Positions 25,471 through 29,923 of a stretch of DNA of 29,923 nt are shown piece after piece (the stretch's first letter is position 1; each line of letters starts with the position of its first letter). The notes under the pieces were generated by a model, which was not told the origin of the DNA, did no database searches, and worked only from the letters and a program-made list of their open reading frames with translations. Made by a program: the position numbers and the translations under genes. The stretch covers positions 1 through 29,923 of the forward strand of contig JAHFJK010000002.1 in the NCBI GenBank assembly GCA_023245915.1, in the 5' to 3' direction. The stretch is from Candidatus Doudnabacteria bacterium (GTDB lineage Bacteria > Patescibacteriota > Doudnabacteria > UBA920).

Positions 25471-26214
25471 TCATTTAGATTGTTCCCACATATACCAAAA
25501 CCAGGTTCTGTAGCTTTCGGCCAGATTTTTGCTGTGAATTACAAAGAAGACAACATTTTCGTCCAGTCTTTTTAAAGTTAAGCCGGTGTAGGTCATAACA
25601 TAATCGCCAAAAACATGGATGCCGGAAGTCGTTGAATACTCTTTGGGTAAAAAACGGTATTGTAAATCCCCTTCATAATTTTTAGCAAAATCTTTTAAAT
25701 TTTTAACTTCGTAGTCAAAAAGCTGAATAAATTTTATTTTTTTGCGTTTGGCTTCGGCAAAAAAAGCTTTGCGCGCGGTTTCTAAACGCGGGTCATACCA
25801 CCCACCCTTGGCCCCGATAAAATAACTTTCCTTGCCCACACGCAAGACGTCCCGCCAAATATTTTTTTGCCCTTCCAAACCGCGGTAAATATAGGCTTCC
25901 TCGGGGGCGATTCTCTGAATGAATCTTTTTTTTAGCTCCGGTAAAATTGTCTTAAGTTTTTGTTCTTTTTCCGAGTAAAGCTCCAGCAATTTATCGGGAT
26001 CCACGGCATTGTATTTATTTTCCTTGCTGGAGAAAATTTCAAAACACAAGCCCTTGTCAATCAGCCGGTTAATCGCATCATAAGCATTCCTCCGGTGAAT
26101 TTGGGCGCTTATGGCAATCGCGCTAATGGACGACTCGCCTTTTTCTACTAAGGTTTGGTAAATTTTTCCTTCATTGGGCGAGAGACCCAGGTCTTGGTAT
26201 ATTTCTTGATTCAT
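25471..26214 (-). CDS. TrmB-family wHTH transcriptional regulator (copy 2)
   Basis: LGLSPNEGKIYQTL...RRNAYDAINRL HTH; Y-GLEG-KNIW linker parallels copy 1. Confidence 0.85.
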   Translation of the reverse strand: MNQEIYQDLGLSPNEGKIYQTLVEKGESSISAIAISAQIHRRNAYDAINRLIDKGLCFEIFSSKENKYNAVDPDKLLELYSEKEQKLKTILPELKKRFIQRIAPEEAYIYRGLEGQKNIWRDVLRVGKESYFIGAKGGWYDPRLETARKAFFAEAKRKKIKFIQLFDYEVKNLKDFAKNYEGDLQYRFLPKEYSTTSGIHVFGDYVMTYTGLTLKRLDENVVFFVIHSKNLAESYRTWFWYMWEQSK

Positions 26215-26310
26215 TTTGTGGTGCTTATTGCTACCCTATGGTGGTCTTGGCCACTCAATAGGTATATTATAGACTTTATTATTGATAGTCAAGCAAGAAG
26301 GGGGAGAAAC

Positions 26311-26748
26311 ATGTCCATCCATCAAGCAGAAATTTTAGATCGATGGAAGCGGGGGAATTTTTTGGAGGTAGGAGTTGCAATTCCCGGTTTCAAGTACGAT
26401 TTGCCCTGGGTGCCCTATGAGAACTACATGCAAGTGCAGCTCGTTGAGGCCATACCAGGACAACCCGGTAAACTGATAATTCAGTTTCCAAAAGATGGCG
26501 CGGAAGACGAGCAGTTTCACATCCATCCGGTTTCTGACCGGGTGATTACGGTTCTCCAAGGCAGCGGCCAGTTTGTGGCAATTCGTAACTTCACCAAAGT
26601 TGTTTATGAGTTGGAGGCGGGTTGTCGCTTGTGCATGCCGCGCGGTGTTGTGCGCAATTTTTTCGGAAATTTGTTGGTTGAGTCGTTGCATCTCCCTTTT
26701 ATCGCGTTTGAAAGTCCGTTCTGCTTCGTTCGCGTGCTGGTTGACTGA
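26311..26748 (+). CDS. Cupin-domain protein
   Basis: HIHP-SDRVITVLQGSG (cupin motif 1) and G--L-MPRGVVRNF (motif 2); ATG 26311 after SD GGGGAG. Confidence 0.75.
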   Translation: MSIHQAEILDRWKRGNFLEVGVAIPGFKYDLPWVPYENYMQVQLVEAIPGQPGKLIIQFPKDGAEDEQFHIHPVSDRVITVLQGSGQFVAIRNFTKVVYELEAGCRLCMPRGVVRNFFGNLLVESLHLPFIAFESPFCFVRVLVD

Positions 26749-26761
26749 TAAGAAAGCGCCG

Positions 26762-26790
26762 ACAGGCCGTTAATCTTCAGCGGCCTGTTT
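26762..26790 (+). terminator. Hairpin after the cupin gene
   Basis: ACAGGCCG-11nt-CGGCCTGT followed by TT. Confidence 0.5.
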
Positions 26791-26822
26791 CTATGTATGG
26801 TTGTTAAAAAAAGGAGGAAGGT

Positions 26823-27271
26823 ATGCGGATTGTAAAAGATAATAAGGGTGGCAAAACTGGCCGTATAGTTTTACTTGTGCTTCGCTTTAATTTGGCCATA
26901 AAGTTTTTTCGTTGCCGCTCTTTGTGGCGGGGCTTGGCAGACAACTGGCGCGAATATCGCTTTTACAGCAAAACCCACCATCCTTTTTGCCAGCCAACCC
27001 ATTTTTCTTTTTTTGGGTTGGTTAACTTTCAGGCTTTGGGCGACGTTTGCCAGATGCATGAAGAAAGTTTTTACCTTAAGATGTCAGAGTTCTTGGGCGA
27101 AGACGATTGGGCGAAGACGAGGAGACTTGGACTGATATTCACCATTTCAGCAATCCCAAAAATTTCTGTATTGATTTTGATGGCAAGTTGCGCATTCTGG
27201 ATTATGGTAGCCTTTTAACACAGGCGGTTATTAAGCGGTATGGAAAAGTAATCCGACAGAATTTTTGTTAG
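26823..27271 (+). pseudogene. Minimal protein-kinase-like gene frameshifted by a 14-bp tandem duplication
   Basis: TTGGGCGAAGACGA repeated at 27093-27106 and 27107-27120; deleting one copy gives a 144-aa ORF with GGKTGR, AIK, NWRE, DIHHFSNPKNF and LDYG. Confidence 0.7.
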
Positions 27272-27302
27272 TCGACAAAGAGAAACGAGAGAGGAGACGG
27301 AA

Positions 27303-27674
27303 ATGAGTCTAAGCAACGAAGAAGTGATTGAACATCTACGGCAAACCCATCCAAGAGAAGTGCCTAGTGATTACAGTTTGTACAATTGTAATAGACGCGT
27401 AAATGTTTGGGCGGTACACGAACAAAACAGAAAATCCGGAGTGCTAGGGTTTGACGCTCTGTTCTTGGTATGGAAAACCAAGACTGGCAAAATCACTTCT
27501 CACTGTGGAGCCCTCAGTAATCTCGGTCAGGAGTACAATATTATAAGTGTTGTTGAAAAGAATAAAGCTGTCTACGTTACTTATACCTACTATAACCCTC
27601 GAGAAGATAAGGAGAAATGGTGGGCGTTTAAAATTCCGCTAGCTGAAATGCAGGAGGAAGCCGAAAAAGAGTAG
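27303..27674 (+). CDS. Hypothetical protein
   Basis: 123-aa ORF with SD GAGGAG and a downstream terminator; no family recognised. Confidence 0.7.
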   Translation: MSLSNEEVIEHLRQTHPREVPSDYSLYNCNRRVNVWAVHEQNRKSGVLGFDALFLVWKTKTGKITSHCGALSNLGQEYNIISVVEKNKAVYVTYTYYNPREDKEKWWAFKIPLAEMQEEAEKE

Positions 27675-27698
27675 ACCAGTTCAACTTTGGGAGTGCGC

Positions 27699-27725
27699 TG
27701 ACAGACCGCGTAGTCTGTCATTTTT
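27699..27725 (+). terminator. Rho-independent terminator
   Basis: TGACAGAC-CGCGTA-GTCTGTCA then TTTTT. Confidence 0.75.
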
Positions 27726-27729
27726 CTTT

Positions 27730-28008
27730 TTACCAATTTTTATCTGGCGATTCGAGTCCAGACGCCGCTTCTAAAAAGTCATATTCCGCTTTTAACTTAT
27801 CCCGGTAATCTTCCAGTTCAGCTTTGGCCTCCCCTTCGGCTTCGTACCATTCGTCATAAGTCGACTTTAATTCATCTTCAATCTCCTGAAGCCTTGCGTA
27901 TGCTTCGGTTTCATTCTGCGGGCCCTGCTCTGCCCACTCCTCATAGCTAATACCTAAGAGCTTGTGGTACTTGTCGTCATATAAAGTTTTTATATCTTCC
28001 GGATCCAT
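27730..28008 (-). CDS. Highly acidic helical hypothetical protein
   Basis: 92 aa, 28 D/E; upstream TTGGCT-17-TATACT promoter-like sequence. Confidence 0.75.
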   Translation of the reverse strand: MDPEDIKTLYDDKYHKLLGISYEEWAEQGPQNETEAYARLQEIEDELKSTYDEWYEAEGEAKAELEDYRDKLKAEYDFLEAASGLESPDKNW

Positions 28009-28057
28009 AAGTTAATTTAGTATACAATAGGCGAGATTATCAGCCAAATATAAATAA

Positions 28058-28269
28058 AGAAAAACCCCTTGGATTACCTGACCGTCAGGTCATATTGGTA
28101 AAAGGGGTCTTTCGGAAAAGTCAAAAGAAGCTATTTAAGCCGGAAGATTAACCTTGCGGCCCATCGCCTTAAAAATAGAGGCGATATATGTCCCGATTGG
28201 TCGGGACCGCTTAAAACCTATGAAATTGGTTTTTATTTTGGTTTCTTCTAATGAAGAACTAACTTTTCT
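28058..28269 (-). ncRNA. Candidate stand-alone structured small RNA
   Basis: Bounded by a strong promoter and a GACCCCTTT/AAGGGGTT terminator with T tract; no plausible ORF; nested stems. Confidence 0.4.
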
Positions 28270-28275
28270 ATAGCT

Positions 28276-28304
28276 ATTATAGCACATCTAACTTTTTTTG
28301 TCCA
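28276..28304 (-). promoter_or_regulatory. Sigma70-type promoter with extended -10
   Basis: TGGACA (28304-28299), 17 bp, TGc-TATAAT (28281-28276). Confidence 0.65.
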
Positions 28305-28609
28305 TGCTTAGACTTATCCTGTTATTTAAAATCCAAAAGTAGACTTATCCAATGCAGATGATACACCCTATGCCACCCGTGCCTTACGCCAAATAATACC
28401 TCTGCTGAAGGTTTTAAGCCAAAAAAGAATAGCTTGGGGATTAGTTCCTGTAAACGGATTATACAGCAAATATTAAGGTTTGGGATAAAGCAATGCCGGG
28501 ACTTACCAAGAAACCAAGCCAATAAGCATTTAAGCTAAAACCGTTCAAAATTTAAAAATCGCCGCTTAAGGTGTATCATTGTTGGATTGGAAAATACTTG
28601 CTTGGTAAG

Positions 28610-28629
28610 GTAACTGCCCACTGGGCATA
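28610..28629. repeat. 20-bp dispersed repeat (copy 2, inverted relative to 83-102)
   Basis: GTAACTGCCCACTGGGCATA. Confidence 0.8.
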
Positions 28630-28639
28630 CAAAACATCG

Positions 28640-28736
28640 GTATTGCTGCGAGCGAGTGCATCCGAGCGAAGCAATCTTTCTCAAGATATGATTGCCACGC
28701 AATTTAAGCCAAAGCCCTTAAATCGCTCGCAATGCC
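28640..28736. repeat. Degenerate intergenic relative of the REP-like element in rsmI
   Basis: TGCGAGCG...GAAGCAATCT...GATTGC...CTCGCAATG with a nested ATTTAAG/CTTAAAT stem. Confidence 0.65.
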
Positions 28737-29493
28737 AAGAGTGCGGTAAAAATTTTCAAAACAGCAGGAACAAAAGCAAGTCACGGAATGAACCTCCTCG
28801 CAGCAAGCTGCGAGGTATCAACTGCAGACTGCAGAGTGATTCCGCAGCAGAGCTGCGGGGTATTAAACCCTAAGAGGGAATAAATTATGGCGTCAATACA
28901 TCTGGTGCAGGCAAACAATTAAGCAACTGGCTGGACAATATCGTAAGAGCGAAAAATGGATCAGGCTGCAACTGGACAAAGCCAGGCTGACAAACTTTCA
29001 TCTTTACCCGCAGCCAGTAGTCGCCATCGCTGATGTGACTTTCTGGGGCAGAAAGTATGGTGTGCTGGTATTTCGTTCCTACGATTTAAAACAGAACCTG
29101 ATCTGGCTGGAAGTAAAGACCGAAACAGCCGAAGTCTACCAAGAGGCTAAACAGATTTTAGAGAGCTTGGGTTTTACCTTTGACGCCGTCGTAATTGACG
29201 GGAAACTAGGCATTAAAGGGGTTTTTGACGGCATACTCATCCAAATCTGCCAGTTCCACCAGATTAAGACCGTTAACAAATATTTGACCCGAAGGCCAAA
29301 ACTACAGGCCGCGATAGAATTACGAACCATAGCCTTAGCCTTAACCGAAGTTAAAGAAGAATATTTTACCACCTTACTTAATCAGTGGCACGAGAAATGG
29401 AAAGACTTTTTAAAAGGACGAACAACTAATCCGGAAACCGGCAAATGGTTTTACACCCATAAAAGAATTCGGTCAGCCCACAGAAGTTTAATC
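28735..29493 (+). mobile_element. IS256/Mutator-like transposase remnant, interrupted and 3'-truncated
   Basis: CQECGKNF Zn-ribbon fragment; open frame from 28867 with LW--Y...D-TFWGR, IDG--G, Q-CQFHQ, YTHKRIRSA-RSL; stops abruptly at the IS66 junction. Confidence 0.75.
28783..28872. repeat. Twin-hairpin REP-like element interrupting the transposase 5' end
   Basis: CCTCGCAGC-AA-GCTGCGAGG (28796-28815) and CCGCAGC-AGA-GCTGCGG (28842-28858). Confidence 0.65.
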
Positions 29494-29906
29494 TGGCCAA
29501 GGGCGTTATCGCAATCAGGGCAGTGGGTCAGGTAAACGTCCTTTTCCAAGCCAATTTCCATTGGTTTCTTCCTGGACTTGCCTTTGTGGCCGGTTTGTCC
29601 GCCGCGCTTTTTGCCAGTTAAAGAGCCAAGATTGCTTTTGACGGCAGCCTTAAAAATCATGCCCTGGTATTTGTCCTTAACCTCGGTTAACGCAGAGAGC
29701 TTATCCTCTAAATCCTGGTTGGCATCTTTAAGACGCCGGACTTGATCAGCAAGAGCTTTTTTCTCCGCTTCCGATTGTTTTAGCTGCTCTTCCAGGTTAT
29801 TGTTTTTTTGTTTTTGTTTCTGCCAGGCATTCCAGGTATCGGCGAATTTTTTGCGCAGAAAACTGGCTTCCACCCGAAGCTTGCCCAGCTCCTCGGTGAC
29901 TGTCAT
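29494..29906 (-). mobile_element. IS66-family transposase (TnpC) N-terminal remnant
   Basis: Coiled coil, KKRGGQTGHKG motif and CPDC Zn finger; DDE domain absent. Confidence 0.8.
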
Positions 29907-29923
29907 ATACTGTCATTTTATCA

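Noticed and set aside
28148-28161. 14-nt match to the 16S rRNA GGCCGCAAGGTTAA hairpin
   Set aside because: Flanks show no rRNA similarity; it is too short to call an rRNA fragment and is probably a generic GCAA tetraloop or chance
28130-28190. c-di-GMP-I riboswitch resemblance (GGG-CGCAA-G...TCCGGC-TAAA on minus)
   Set aside because: The required upstream GGCAAACC/GNRA hairpin and downstream pairing strand are not present
28322-28522. 66-aa ORF upstream of the sRNA promoter
   Set aside because: No motif, SD or clear promoter; cannot be distinguished from chance
28571-28873. 100-aa ORF
   Set aside because: A chimera of two repeat elements and a short transposase Zn-ribbon fragment, with no coherent domain
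541-29372. Numerous 60-200 aa ORFs antisense or out of frame to confident genes (e.g. 541-903, 10404-11012, 19457-19963, 24877-25239, 26335-26691, 29136-29372)
   Set aside because: Shadow ORFs with no recognisable motifs or independent expression signals

Overview
The window spans the replication-origin region of a small-genome bacterium. Gene content and protein style suggest Patescibacteria/CPR (inference), and both TAA and TGA act as stops, so the code is standard 11. The core is housekeeping: pilB, tsaE, vanW-like, ruvB, the dciA-recF-dnaN-oriC-dnaA / rpmH-rnpA-yidD-yidC-jag cluster, an O-antigen-ligase-like gene, a class A PBP, tyrS, ruvC, yebC and rsmI. Accessory blocks are two TrmB-like regulators facing unrelated cargo, a DUF433/DUF5615 toxin-antitoxin islet, and IS256-like and IS66 remnants at the right end. 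The most striking signal is a dense set of small palindromic repeats. CGTC-type REP/RPE-like elements sit in frame inside two proteins (O-antigen ligase, RsmI), ~15-26 bp micro-palindromes are nested inside other hairpins, and periodic-arm hairpins fill many intergenic gaps. Also notable are a TA islet bracketed by a duplicated 3' end of the ligase gene, an rsmE pseudogene with four lesions, a mini kinase-like gene broken by a 14-bp duplication, a PBP leader able to sequester its own start codon, and a candidate stand-alone sRNA. No rRNA, tRNA or CRISPR array was seen. All family calls come from motif recognition by eye, not database searches.
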